From Macrostomum lignano (taxonomy: Eukaryota), in contig NIVC01002214.1 of assembly GCA_002269645.1 (NCBI GenBank), positions 1 to 64,000 of the forward strand: a DNA stretch of 64,000 nucleotides, read 5' to 3'. Within the stretch, counting starts at the first letter, position 1. Each line of letters begins with the position of its first letter. The position numbers and the translations under genes were made by a program. This document shows positions 46,101 through 59,000 of this stretch, one piece after another. Below the pieces are notes generated by a model. That model had not been told where the DNA came from. It worked only from the letters and a program-made list of their open reading frames with translations, and did no database searches.

Positions 46101-46274
46101 AGGCTAATTTTTTCTAAAATTATTATGCCAAAGATTTCTGGCATAACTGTAAAAAATGGATTATAGGCTGGGATATATATTGAAATATGCTAAAAATGGC
46201 AAGTACCCTTGTTGTATACTAGGAAGTCCGAGATGTTGCCTTTCAAAGTATAGAATTGCAGAAGGTTTAATATA

Positions 46275-46548
46275 CATACATGCGCAACCCCCCTGATTTA
46301 CACTGGCCATGCGACTTACTTTTTGACCAAAAATGTGACTTACCTGTGAAAACCCTAAGGCAAATTAATGTAAAGTTTTGAGTAAATGGCAGGAATAACT
46401 ATGACTGTCTTATTAGGCCTAAATGCCTCGGCATCTAATTAGTACTATGTCCATATTCTTTGGGGTGGCATTTTTGTGACTTACCCCTGGTACACCACAA
46501 CTTATGGTGGCCAGATTGGCCATGTCGGCCAGCAGTTGCGCATATATG
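46275..46548. mobile_element. MITE family B copy 1, carrying a 28S rRNA-like segment at 46380-46443
   Basis: TIR CATACATGCGCAAC / GTTGCGCATATATG; identical 8-bp TSD TTAATATA on both sides. Confidence 0.9.
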
Positions 46549-48151
46549 TTAATATATGCCAGAAAATTCTGGCATACAAATGTTTTAGCTAGTATATAAA
46601 TCGTATACAAAGAGGAAATACAATTTTCTGGCATAATCATCAGTTTAAAATTCTTAGGCCTATCTATACATGTTCAAGCTTGTGGTGCAACATGCAAAAG
46701 CATTGAAGTATATATCATAATTGTATAAATTATGTCAAATAATCTTTTGCTATAGCCAAAGTCAGGAAGATTGCCTTTTCATAGAAATTTCGATATAAAA
46801 AAGAGTTAGATACATATTGTGCTGGCATATTCTGGCACAATAGCAGGCAAGGACAAAAAATCCAGTGTAATGCAAGACAAAAACTTTGGCAAGACAATAT
46901 TTTTGTAAAGAGATAATTTTTTATTAGGCCCTACACTTTTTTGTTCACCAGTGTATTGAGAGCTTTTTTAATTATAATATATTAACATTGCATTTTCTAT
47001 GAAACAGATTCAAAAAAAGTTTTACCATATTTTTTTAAACAATAAAAAATACAGATTTTTGTTTTTGCATTAAAAAAACAGTTCTAGCATACAGTGCAAG
47101 CAGACTTGTTTGATAGGAATAGTTCTAGCGCATGGCACAAATAAACTTTTTTGATAGGATTTGTTCCAGTGCAGGCATACCATGATCTTGACTATGGTGC
47201 TATAGTAAAGTTAATTTAAAAATTGTGGCAATAAATTAGGTCTTTTAAGTAATATGTTAAACTTTTCTATAGTTACTAATGGACAATAAACCTAAATTAG
47301 TAATATATCTAACTATTTTTTTTTACTATTTTTTTGTTTTTAAATGATATAGGTTTCAATTTTCTGCAGCAATTATTCATTGCATCTACTGCTTGTTGTA
47401 TTTAGTTATATGCTTATTAATCACATAATTTTTAGTGCTAGCTCGTATATAGTTTACTAGTAAACACTTAATCGGTATAATTTATTGGCATACACTTTAC
47501 TAGATAGCCAAATACTTTCCCACTTATATATAACAATATGGAATATAGATTGGGTATCAATTTTTTGTTTACTGGCAGTTCTTCTATTGAGGAGATAAAA
47601 GTTTTCTTTCTAAAACTGCTAGGAAATAGGAGTAGGATGGGGAGCTGCAGCACTTTAATGATGTGAATAGAGAGGAGATTGTTAGGTAGCTCCCTATCCT
47701 ACTCCTCATTCCCATCCCATTTCCCAGCAGACTAACAATTCTAAGAGAAAAAGGCATTCTGTCTACTTAGCAGATCAACTGTCAGTAGACAAATGAACTG
47801 GAAACCCTTTCATCCACCTTTGCAATTGCATTAGGGGCTAGGGGAGAGGTCTATAATACTAATAGCTATATTTGGACATAGGAAGAGGGGTAGAGTTGCA
47901 TAGTATCAGTGTTAGGCTTAGTATCTCATTGTATTTACTATTTGTAATCCCTATGCTAGATCATATTAAATGTACACTTGAATATATGTGAGAACCAAAT
48001 GCATATAATGTACCAAACAAAATGTATGCTATTAGAAAATTCTAGCATAAATTATGTCTTTTAGAGTGTGGTTTATATTTGTTTAAGTATGTTTTGGATG
48101 CAAGTCATTTTGTTTGAGCTCTAATCTCAGTTGGCTTATCTCCCATCTCAG

Positions 48152-51100
48152 GGCCCAGATGTGCGCACGATCAAGCTGAATGGCCATGTGGGCTTTGACA
48201 GCCTCCCTGACCAGCTGGTGAACAAGCATGTTGCCCAGGGCTTCAGCTTTAACATCATGTGCATCGGCGAGACGGGCCTCGGCAAGAGCACCCTGATAGA
48301 GACCCTGTTCAACCAGCGCTTCGAGTTCACGCCTTCCTCGCACGAGGTGCCTCAGGTTAAACTGAAGCCGCATACTTACGGTGAGCAGTGTTGGACTGCT
48401 AGCTTAATGTATATAAAGTATGAAAGTGAACTTTTTAATTTGTAAATTTTCAATGCTTCGTACAGACCTGAAGGAGGGCAGCGTGAAGCTGAAGCTCACC
48501 ATCATTGAGACCAGTGGCTTTGGCGACCAGGTGAACAAGGAGGACAGCAGCAAGCCGATCATTGACTACATCAACCAGCAGTTTGAGAACTTCCTGCAGG
48601 AGGAGCTCAAGATCAAGCGATCGCTGCACACCTACCACGACACTAGGGTGCACGTCTGCCTGTACTTTATCGCGCCTACGGGTCACTCGTGAGTGCTTAA
48701 CCGATTCCGTTCGTTTTTGACTCATGATATTTAGCAGTTTTTAGTAATACATATTTTACTACTCCTCTGTGTTTCGAACTTTTGAAGTTTCCAGTTAAAG
48801 TCTCTAAATTCACTCTTCTTCCAGTCTGAATCACAGATACTAGAACAACCAGATGGGCCACTCAACACATTTGCGTGTAAGCTACTTTCAGTTCAGTAGC
48901 AAGTTAAACGGAAGCATTTTAATGTATTTTTAAAGTCAAGGCTCATTTATTGGCTCTTACCTCCAGCTTAAACCCTCCAACTGCGCCTTTCCACACTAAC
49001 CCCCACCCCACCCCAATTTTTATTGCCTTTCTCGGAATTCCAGCCTAAAGCTGCCATGTACATTTCAGTAAACTGGCCAATGTACATTATTGCTGAACCA
49101 ATTAGCAAGTTGTTTACGCCTGCAAGCTTGGGCTTCTAAACTTATCAAAGTCATTTCAGCTGCCTTTATTTTTATAAAATAGCTTATGTATTCTTCTTTG
49201 CTACTGAACTGAAAGTAGAAAGCTATTTTACTAAGTAAATGTGCCTGAGTGGCCCATCTAGTTATTTTAGTATCTGTAGGTCTGAATCTGCAATAAATTG
49301 GCAAACGGCAATATCAATATTCCTCAATTTTCATTTCCAGACTCAAGTCGATCGACATGGTCACAATGAAGAAGCTCGACAGTCGCGTCAACATCATTCC
49401 GGTAATCGCCAAGTCCGATACAATTACCAAGCCGGAGCTGCAGCGCTTCAAGACTAGAGTAAGTCGCGATTTCTCCTGTTTAGGCGAATTTTTTACTACA
49501 GTGTATTTTTCCGCCTTACTAACTGACTTTTCGATACATATCGGCAAAGATATTTTATCCATTTTTACTCGAGCTTGAGCTATAAAAGTCCAACTGTACC
49601 TGTTAGCAGTAGTGGGGAAGCAAATTTGTATTCCTCTTGACCGGTTTTTCGGTGGCTTTGCTCACCTTGCGGGTTTTCAAATGCAAATTTCTTCCCAAAA
49701 TCGATTTTTTTATTTTTTTGATGCCAAATATCCCAAAATTGGATCGATTTCTTCCAGATCCAGAATGAGATCGCCAACAACGACATCCACATCTACCAGT
49801 TCCCCACCGATGACGAGACCGTCAGCGAGCAGAACTCAATTATGAAGGTGAGGATCGGCCAAAATGGGATAAAATAATACGGTTATTGAGCAAAAATCCC
49901 CGCTGAGAAGGTGGAATCGAACCACTCCGACGCTAGTCGGCTACAGGTTTGAAGCCTGCACCCCGGACCACCGAAGCCGAAGGTCATCCCAGCAGGCACT
50001 GGGGCTGTCGGTGTGCCTATTTATACCCGGAGTGGGGCCGGCGAAGTTGCACCAGATGTGCACAGTGGCGCAGGCTGGCCGGCTCGGAATGCAAAGCAGA
50101 TTAGTTATGGAATTGAGCAGTATGGAATTGTAGCGATTGGGAAATCTTTGAAGTTACGCTTATGACCTTAGATAGGGTTTCTTGGAGCTCTTGGAGAGCT
50201 AATTTTCTATTCTACTACTAATGTTCATGCTTTATGAGCATGTGATTTATTATCAATGATCATCCTTAGAGATATGATTCTTATTTCTTAGCAAAAAAGT
50301 CAATTAGCTGAACCATTATCAAGTTGATTTTTAATTCTCGACATTCAGTTTTGATTGGGACAGAAGCCAATTTCTAGTAGCGGTAATCCTGTTCAAGGAT
50401 AAATCTAGCTGATCAGGGTCTGCGACAATTGAATTGCTGCAATTTGACTGCCACTAATCACCTAAACCCTAATTCCCATACTCATAACCTATTCCTCTCT
50501 AATTCCCACAGTAAGGAAACTCTAATTCCTTACTCTAACCTAAAACCCTAGGCCTAAACCCCAACTCCCACCCCTAACCTAAACCCTGATTCTCTAACCC
50601 TGATTGCTCCCAGCTGATCCGAGGCCGTTCCTTTAAACAGTAGCTCGTGTGAACAGGCCTATCAACAGGATTTACAAGCCTGTGACTGTGACTCAAAGCT
50701 AGTTGATTATATTATCACCTCCTCCCCCCCCCCGCAGAACCTGGTGCCCTTCGCCGTGGTTGGCAGCTCAGACGAGATCACAGTGAACGGGCGCAAGAGC
50801 CGCGCCCGCCAGTACCCGTGGGGCGCCGTCCTGGTTGACAGCGAAGCCCACTGCGACTTCGTCCGCCTGCGGGAGGCCATGCTCCGCGTCAACATGGACG
50901 ACCTGCGCGAACGAACCCACGCGATGCACTACGAGCACTACAGGAGGCAGCGCCTGGCCGAGATGGGCTTCAGCGACGAGGATAAACTCAGCCTGCAGGA
51001 GATGTACGAGAAACGGCGGGAGACCCACCAGGTGCTCACCTCAACCTGGATATTTTTATTGGATATTATTCTTGTGCCGTTTCTCCTCTTTAAGTTAGCT

Positions 51101-52608
51101 CTTTGCATGAAGATCCACGAGTCATTTCCCTCAGGACTGATTCAGTCCACTGCTCATTTCTCTCCGGGTGACTCAGTCAGCTGATCATTTCCCTCAGGAC
51201 TGATTCAGTCAGCTGATCATTTCCCTCAGGACTAATTCAGTCAGCTGATCATTTCCCCCAGGACTGATTCAGTCAGCTGATCATTTCCCTCAAGACTGAT
51301 TCAGTCAGCTGATCATTTCCCTCAGGACTGATTCAGTCAGCTGATCATTTCCCTCAGGACTGATTCAGTCAGCTGATCATTTACCTCAAGACTGATTCAG
51401 TCAGCTGATCATTTCCCTCAAGACTGATTCAGTCAGCTGATCATTTCCCTCAGGACTGATGCAGTCAGCTGATCATTTCCCTCAAGACTGATTCAGTCAG
51501 CTGATCATTTCCCTCAAGACTGATTCAGTCAGCTGATCATTTCCCTCAAGACTGATTCAGTCAGCTGATCATTTCCCTCAGGACTGATTCAGTCAGCTGA
51601 TCATTTCCCTCAAGACTGATTCAGTCAGCTGATCATTTCCCTCAGGACTGATGCAGTCAGCTGATCATTTCCCTCAAGACTGATTCAGTCAGCTGATCAT
51701 TTCCCTCAAGACTGATTCAGTCAGCTGATCATTTCCCTCAGGACTGATGCAGTCAGCTGATCATTTCCCTCAAGACTGATTCAGTCAGCTGATCATTTCC
51801 CTCAAGACTGATTCAGTCAGCTGATCATTTCCCTCAAGACTGATTCAGTCAGCTGATCATTTCCCTCAGGACTGATTCAGTCAGCTGATCATTTCCCTCA
51901 AGACTGATTCAGTCAGCTGATCATTTACCTCAAGACTGATTCAGTCAGCTGATCATTTCCCTCAGGACTGATTCAGTCAGCTAATCATTTCGCTCAGGAC
52001 TGATTCAGTCAGCTGATCATTTCCCTCAGGACTGATTCAGTCAGCTGATTGCATCACAGATTCAATGATTCGGTCACCTGATTGCATCACAGATTCAATG
52101 GTTCAGTCACCTGATTGCATCACAGATTCAATGATTCAGTCAGCTGATTGCATCACAGATTCAATGGTTCAGTCACCTGATTGCATCACAGATTCAATGG
52201 TTCAGTCAGCTGATTGCACCACAGATTCAATGGTTCAGTCAGCTAATTGCACCACAGATTCAATGATTCAGCCCGTTTGGTCTGGTGCACTTTATTCCTG
52301 AATAATTAACCTGGTCATCATCAATCCCGCAGGCGGAGCTGCAGCGCAAGGAGGAGGAGATGCGCCAGATGTTCGTAGTGCGCGTCAAGGAGAAGGAGCA
52401 GGAGCTGAAGAAAGCCGAGGGCGACCTGCAGACGAAGTTCGAGGCAGTCAAGAAGCAGCACGCGGATGAGAAGCGCAAGCTGGAGGAGAAGCGGCAGGGC
52501 CTGGACGAGGAGATTGCGGAATTCCAGCGCCGGAAGACCGCGGCTGACAACCGGAACAACCTGGCGTCCGGCACGAGCTTCACGCTCAGCAAGTCCAAGA
52601 AGAAGTGA
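48152..52608 (+). CDS. SEPT6-like: Septin, SEPT6/11 (Sep2) group; exons 48152-48380, 48466-48688, 49341-49458, 49758-49847, 50738-51031, 52333-52608; first exon upstream (candidate ATGCGG|GT at 42952-42957)
   Basis: [14 protein letters not shown]-loop [57 protein letters not shown]-terminal coiled coil; phases consistent. Confidence 0.96.
48833..49280. mobile_element. MITE family D in a septin intron (~65-bp imperfect TIRs)
   Basis: 48833-48901 is the reverse complement of ~49200-49277; TCTGAATC flanks both sides (48825-48832, 49281-49288). Confidence 0.7.
49892..49896 (-). terminator. Pol III oligo-T terminator of tRNA-Sec
   Basis: TTTTT begins 5 nt after G73. Confidence 0.8.
49901..49993 (-). 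tRNA. trnSec: tRNA-Sec (anticodon UCA), antisense in a septin intron, with a 6-nt D-arm duplication
   Basis: GCTGGGATGACCTTCGGCTTCGGTGGTCCGGGGTGCAGGCTTCAAACCTGTAGCCGACTAGCGTCGGAGTGGTTCGATTCCACCTTCTCAGCG: 9-bp acceptor with U6:U67, 4-bp T stem, 6-bp anticodon stem, long variable arm, G73. Confidence 0.96.
50018..50025 (-). promoter_or_regulatory. TATA box of the tRNA-Sec gene
   Basis: TATAAATA at -32 to -25, as expected for the upstream promoter of metazoan tRNA-Sec genes. Confidence 0.75.
50460..50615. repeat. Degenerate CTAACC/CCCTAA-like repeat patch
   Basis: ctaaaccct, ctaacct, ctaaccct units; possibly part of a non-autonomous Helentron-like repeat. Confidence 0.45.
51120..52270. repeat. 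32-bp palindrome-rich satellite (~28 copies) switching to a related 33-bp unit (~7 copies) at ~52045
   Basis: ctgatcatttccctcaggactgattcagtcag, then ctgattgcatcacagattcaatgattcagtcag. Confidence 0.98.
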
Positions 52609-53934
52609 GCAGCGGCTCAGCTGATGTGACACGGAAGTGGAGGCGATGATTTCTGTTTCCTAATAACTGCAGTGAATTGGGCGGGGCCGGTGCTTCAGCT
52701 CGAGAGACTGCTTAGCGTCATGATGAACAAAATGCCAGGCTAGTCACGGGCTCCGTATTTGCGAATCGCAGTGCCCTAAGCGTTTCGGCAACACCGTTTT
52801 ATTTTACTGTCTGCAATTTCTAATTTCCTTCTATCTGCTTTGCCGCAATCTGTTCTATATCTGCATAGCTTTTTGAGTTTTCCGAGAGTAGCGCACTCAC
52901 TAATTTTCTGCGTATGATTTGCTCTCATGCAGCTGTTATTTTACAGTTTTTATTCTGCTGTTTGCCATTTTAATGCCATTTAAATTTTGTTTCAACGCTT
53001 AGCAAAGCCGTATTCATCTCACATTTATTCGAACAATTCGAATATTTCTATGTCAGCAGACTGGAAACTCCAGGCTTGTGTTGCTGACTACCGCAATTCG
53101 CTTCGCTCTGTTCTGCCCATAGTTATCGTCTTTGCAATGCGATTCTTTTTATTCTTTACAGTATTTTTCTGCATTGAACTTCCACGCTTAATGCACCCTG
53201 ATGTAATCCGGTTTATAACAAGTCTTATTGCTACTATTGTAACTATTGTAACCAATCAGCTTTATGTAGTCAACTTAGTCCACGCGATTTGGTTATTTAA
53301 AAGCAAACTGAAATCTGCATGCTATTTGCGAACGTTTTGATAAAACTTATTAAAAATAAAATTTGCTATGCGGTTCCGTGTACAATATCTACCGCGATGT
53401 TAAATCAACTCACAGCGAGAAAGTCTGGTTTCAGTATGCTTTTTGTTTTCGGTTTTAGAATTGTAACAAACAAAATCAACTTTGAGCTGATTTTTGTACA
53501 TAGGATTTGTATATAGGAGGAATAGTAACTTTGGAAACAGACAGGAGCAAAGCACCAGGAAAAATCGCAGTGCAAGGACCTTTAATTTTGATCCGCTTTT
53601 CCCCTGTCTTAATAATTGATTTCGAGACGTTAGAAGCGAAGGCAAATGAAACGTAACGCATATATATATATATATGCACTGTATGCGGCGTATGCCCTGT
53701 TGCCCTGTAGAAAGCTAAAAATGAGGTAATTAGTTTTCAGCTAACTTGAATTTTGCATCATTAAGAATGAATTTGAATGAATTCATTAATAAATTTGATA
53801 TTTTTGAAGTTTTGCTGTGTGTACACCAGTTGAAACTTAATGTGCGCATCATTAACGATTAGAATGTAAATACAAGTATACATTTTTAGTTATTAAAACT
53901 CTAGCTCGCTTGAGAGTTACACATTACACTGGAG

Positions 53935-54195
53935 CAAGGACGACTTAAGTAGTAGAAGGACGGGAAACCTCGTTTCTTAGAAAATTTCAGAAGGCAGGTT
54001 TTCCCTTAAAAATACGCTACGGAGATAGGAAGTTTTCATTTTTCCAGCACAAAAATCAAAAGCAATAACAATTTTTGTGCTGAAAAATGAAAACTTCCTA
54101 TCTCCGTACTCCGTAGTGTATTTTTTCGGGAAAACTTGCCTTCTAAAATTTTCTAAGAAACGAGGTTTCCCGTCCTTCTACTTAAGTCATCCTTG
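53935..54195. mobile_element. MITE family A, internally deleted copy forming a near-perfect hairpin
   Basis: CAAGGA..TCCTTG termini, ~120-bp arms homologous to 34736-35390, exact 8-bp TSD CACTGGAG. Confidence 0.9.
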
Positions 54196-54541
54196 CACTG
54201 GAGACGTTACCGAACTAACGGACCCATCCAAATAATAAAGCTACGACTGAAAATTTCAATCCATTAGTTTACTATGATTCATTTCACTTGATAGTGCAAC
54301 AAAAAGAGTTGAGTAATATGTATCTGCAATTGTTTTTATTTGTAAGTTTTATCAGATTATCAGTTAACAGTTCCGCTCTTTGTAAAAAAAGAATAGAAAC
54401 TTTGTTTTAGTGTCTGACATATCAACTTTAATTGACCATACTGAAAGTGATTATTTTAAAGTAAAAAAACAATAGCTTTTCTTAGGGCAATTTTGTGCTC
54501 TATGTGTCATCCATGGAGCTTGCGTCTGTACATACGTTAAC

Positions 54542-54732
54542 CAGGCGCCGCGGAACAGGGGGGGGGGGCAGCTGCCCCCCCCTGACATTGAGTTGGGGGG
54601 TATTGCCCCCCTCAAATACCGTTCAACAGCATAATTTTGCTCAAATTTTTGGTCACTGTCCAAGACGGTCTGGGCTTGAGTTTCGGAAACTTGGTCCTGC
54701 CCCCCTGGCAAAAACTCGTTCCGCGGCGCCTG
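54542..54732. mobile_element. hAT-like MITE family C (191 bp)
   Basis: 15-bp perfect TIR CAGGCGCCGCGGAAC, exact 8-bp TSD ACGTTAAC. Confidence 0.92.
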
Positions 54733-55762
54733 ACGTTAACAAAAGTAGCACTAAACATGATCGTTTATTTTTGTCAAATTCTATTTCAATATTTCGTACT
54801 CAGTTCCAATTAACAGTTATATTTTTTATTAATAATTAGGCCTACCGACTAACCTTTCAAACGATAGCAAGGCTAGAGCTAGAGGTGGAGGCGGAGGCCT
54901 AACCTATTAAGCTCTATTTCCTAGGCCTATTTCTATTTCTAGCCGTTTGATCATTTTCTAATTATTACACACCATGCACTTATTGCAGAAAAAATTGGAA
55001 AATCGGAAGTATTTTATCAACATAAACTTAAAGAAGTCCCACTTATTTGGCTAGGCCTGCCTATTAAGCCTAGACTGGCAAGAGGGGCAACCATTAAGAA
55101 AAAGCCAAGGATGGCTAGGCCAAGGCATGTTAATTAGGCCTAGGCCCTAAGTATTAGGCCAGTATTGAATCTTTGCAATGAGCCATAAAACAAAAATTTG
55201 TGACCTATTTTCAGTGTACAAATTATTAATACATGAGATTTCTGTTTAAAAATAAAATTTAATTTTGTTTTTGTTTTCAATATTTTTACATTGAATACAA
55301 TATATATAATATATATATATAAATAATATTTATATTGTTAATATTAGAAAGCCTTGCCATAGTGTGGATCATGCTAAGTGCACGCGAGAAACGACCCAAA
55401 GCTAATTCCCAAAAGCACGCTGACGACAAGCGAATGCACGCCGATGCACGCCTACTAGGACAAATTCCACGCCTATTAGGACAACAATAAATTGAAATTC
55501 AAATTGAAGACAAAAAATGTATTTTGAATTGCATTGTATAAAACAAAGCAACAAACGATGTACAAAATAAATGATATATCTTTAAAAATGTGTATTTCAC
55601 ATCCATTAATTTATTTAACAGTCTTATACACTGTTTATTTACAATAGTTTTTTTCAAAAGTTAAATACAATAATATATATTTTATGTCTGCTTACTATTG
55701 CATTGGCAGCTTTGCCACATCAGGTGCCAGGCACGTGGCACGCGGCGCATGCCAGGCACACC

Positions 55763-56050
55763 CATACATGCGCAACCTCCAAAATTCGGTCGGCCATGCG
55801 ACTTAGTTTTAACAAAAATGCGACGTAGTTTTTGGCCAAAAATGCGACTTACATGTAATAAAAACTGTAAAGCAAAATTAACGCAACTTTGGGTAAACGG
55901 CAGGAGTAACTATAACTGTCTTATTAGGGCAAAATGGCTCGTCAGCTACTTAGTAATACTACTTAGGTTTTTTTGGGTGGGTATTTTTGCGACTTCCTTG
56001 ATTGGCTGCCAAATCGGTCGGCCGACTCGGCCGACTGTTGCGCATGTATG
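55763..56050. mobile_element. MITE family B copy 2, carrying a 28S rRNA-like segment at 55891-55954
   Basis: Perfect 14-bp TIR CATACATGCGCAAC, exact 8-bp TSD GGCACACC. Confidence 0.92.
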
Positions 56051-59000
56051 GGCACACCAATGTATTTATGTAGTGTGCATTATGCATGCCACTTACCTAA
56101 TTGCACGCTGGTGCATGCCATTTTTGAAAATGCACGCAGGAAAATTCTCGTGTGCACTACATGATCTACACTATGGAAGCCTTGGACTTGGCTTAGGCCT
56201 TGGCTATAAAAATTAATAATTTCTATAATTTAAAAGTAAAATAATGCTTCAATTCTAATTAAAAAAGTAATATATCAGGATGGTCTTCAAGACATCCACA
56301 CTCAAGAAGGTGTCACATGTGTGCGAGAATATATTTCAGTGTATTTATGGAGTCTGCGCTATGCGCAAAGCTAAAATATGAATTTGTGCGACAAGGTCTA
56401 CATTCATTTATTGACAAATACATAGCTAGAATACTAGCCAGGGGTTAGCGAAATAGGTAGCAACGCCTCTTTGCTGCATCCGGACACATGGAGCCCCCTG
56501 CAGCTAAGTCAAAGTAAGTCAAGCTAGAGTACTAATGTGCTATAGACTACAGTACTAAAAATTTTGTTTAAAAAACCAATTAAAACAAAACTCAAAAATG
56601 GATAAATTTTTGTATCTAATGTAGGCTTTTTTCAACTCCTTTTGCTTTATTTTAGCTCATGTAGAAAATTGTCAAAAGAAATAGCTTTAACTTTATGCAT
56701 GGTAAAATCCCATTTTTAATTTTATTATTTATGTTACTTACCAAGAAACAATTTTTTATTGATATGCTTAGAAAAAATGTAATGTTAAAGCATATTTTAT
56801 GCACTGCATATGCAGATTATATATTTAAGTGACTCATTGTAAGCTAAATTTTCCTGATCAGCTTATGCTATGTGCCACTATGTACTAAAAACTTCTGCTA
56901 AGCCTTTGTTGTGTGCCGTGTGCACCATTTTGTGCATATTTTTTGTTGATGTGCTCTGGAATTTTCCATCATAATGTACACCTTCCTGAGTATGGCAAGA
57001 CATGAATTTTGCTATTATACAGAATTATCTTTTGTAATTTTTATAGTGGCATAATGGTATAATGCAATTTTGTTATTCATTTGAACATGTGAGGGTTGTT
57101 TCTTACTTTCCTACTATAGAAATCCTACTATTATATTACCAAGCTTTAATCCATAGGCCTAGTCAGAAAGGTAGCTTTTTTGCTTGAAAATTCCAGCATG
57201 CATTAGCCCGTCATAGTTTATTTGGCGTGAATTTGGTATGCTCAAATCTTAAAAAATGCATTTGGCATACAAAAAAGCTATTTAAAGATGCAAGCATTGT
57301 TAATTTCTGTAACAAAAGGTATCAATATTTCAAGGTTGTGGTTAAAAAATGATAGGAATACAAATAAAAAATAATATTAATAGAATGTAATTGTGTTTTA
57401 AAATAATTTTAGTACTAGGACTTTATGTATGCAGTTATTATAAAAGTAAAATAGACACAAAACTTATTTTGTTATAATCTAAATATAAATGTCAATCATA
57501 AAAATAGAAAAAGGTCCTTTATTGTTATAGCACAAAAGTAAAGTTGTATAACTTTTTTAATTTTGGCATATATGGCAATCACATATCCATTTTTTTATGT
57601 AACTTAGTATATATAGGGACCTCTTCCCAAATTTAATTCATGTCCTACGCCACTGTGTTGGAGTTGAGTGTTGAGGTTGGGGGAATGCACTTTAATGTAC
57701 AGCGCTTCAAGTATCTGGAGTTTGGAGTCAAATGAGCATGCATTGATCAATGACTTTGAAGCACTCTTTGGGTTTACAGTTGGAGAAACTATTACACTCT
57801 AACAGATGGTTTTGGATAGCCAACGGTTTCAGCCAATGTTCCCTGATTCTAGTGTGCAGGTGTTTTTTTGTTTTCCTCATGTAGGAGATGCTCTGATCAT
57901 CAGAGCAGTTGAACTGATAAACAACAGCATGAAGAGCACAGGGAACGTGACTTCAACCAACTGACAAAGTTGCCAACCTTAGCAGAATGAAAGATGACAC
58001 AGATGTTGCAATTAAATGAGTTGCAGAATAAGTTGCATATTTTATTTTTGAAAAGTTGAGAAAGATAGCCAAAAAATGGAGGACAATATATAAAAAATGC
58101 AAATAAACATTTTTCAAAGATACACTTGAAATTTTACCTTATTATTTACCTTACCTTATTTTACCATTTTACCTTATTTTGATATATCTATTGAGTTCTA
58201 AAGTAATCAAGTTTTATAAGTTATTATAAGTAGAAATTATTTTGCTTATAATAAAAAAGAATATAATTCTATTAGACATGTATTAAAACTTCATTCTGGC
58301 AATAAGATACTGATTTTAAAAATTAAAGATATGTCATGTTTCAAGGCCAAAAAATTTGTATGTAGCATAATACATTGTCTCTAATAATAGTTGCATGCCA
58401 AAAAATTGTGTTATTTTATAGAATATACTAAGAAACTTTACTTACTCTTCTATGTATACCATATACTAAGCTGTCTAGGACCTCATTGCATATGAGAATT
58501 TAAAAATAATAGCATCTTTGACTTTGAGACTTGAAAATCCCAAGGTGATCAACAGCCAGGTGATTCCCAAGGTTGTGCACATATATGGTAAACGTGCCAT
58601 CTTTTTCATTAATAAGGATTAAAAATATTTGACATTTGTAAAAATTAGGTACTTTGTATTTTCAACAAATTTAGATTGTTGAATATTATATGTATAATGT
58701 ATATATATGCCCAACCTTAAAATTTCACCTGTCTGGTACAACTTACTTTCTCCCAATTGCAACTTAATTTTCACTTTGTATATGACTTTTCTTGCCTTTT
58801 TCTCTTTTCTTCTCTTTCTCTTTCTCTCTCATCTTTTCCTTCTCTTTCTCCATCCTTTCTTTTCCTTAATGTTCATAATTTTAAGTAATAGAAACTATAT
58901 ATGTAACATTTTTGATAGATTCTTTACCTACTAAGTTTTTTTAGTATTCATGCTTTTTACAGCCTTATATACAGCTAATGCAGTTTAATCAAAGAATTCT

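Noticed and set aside
50460-50615. Telomere or chromosome-fusion relic
   Set aside because: Short, highly degenerate and intronic; more like a repeat-element motif.
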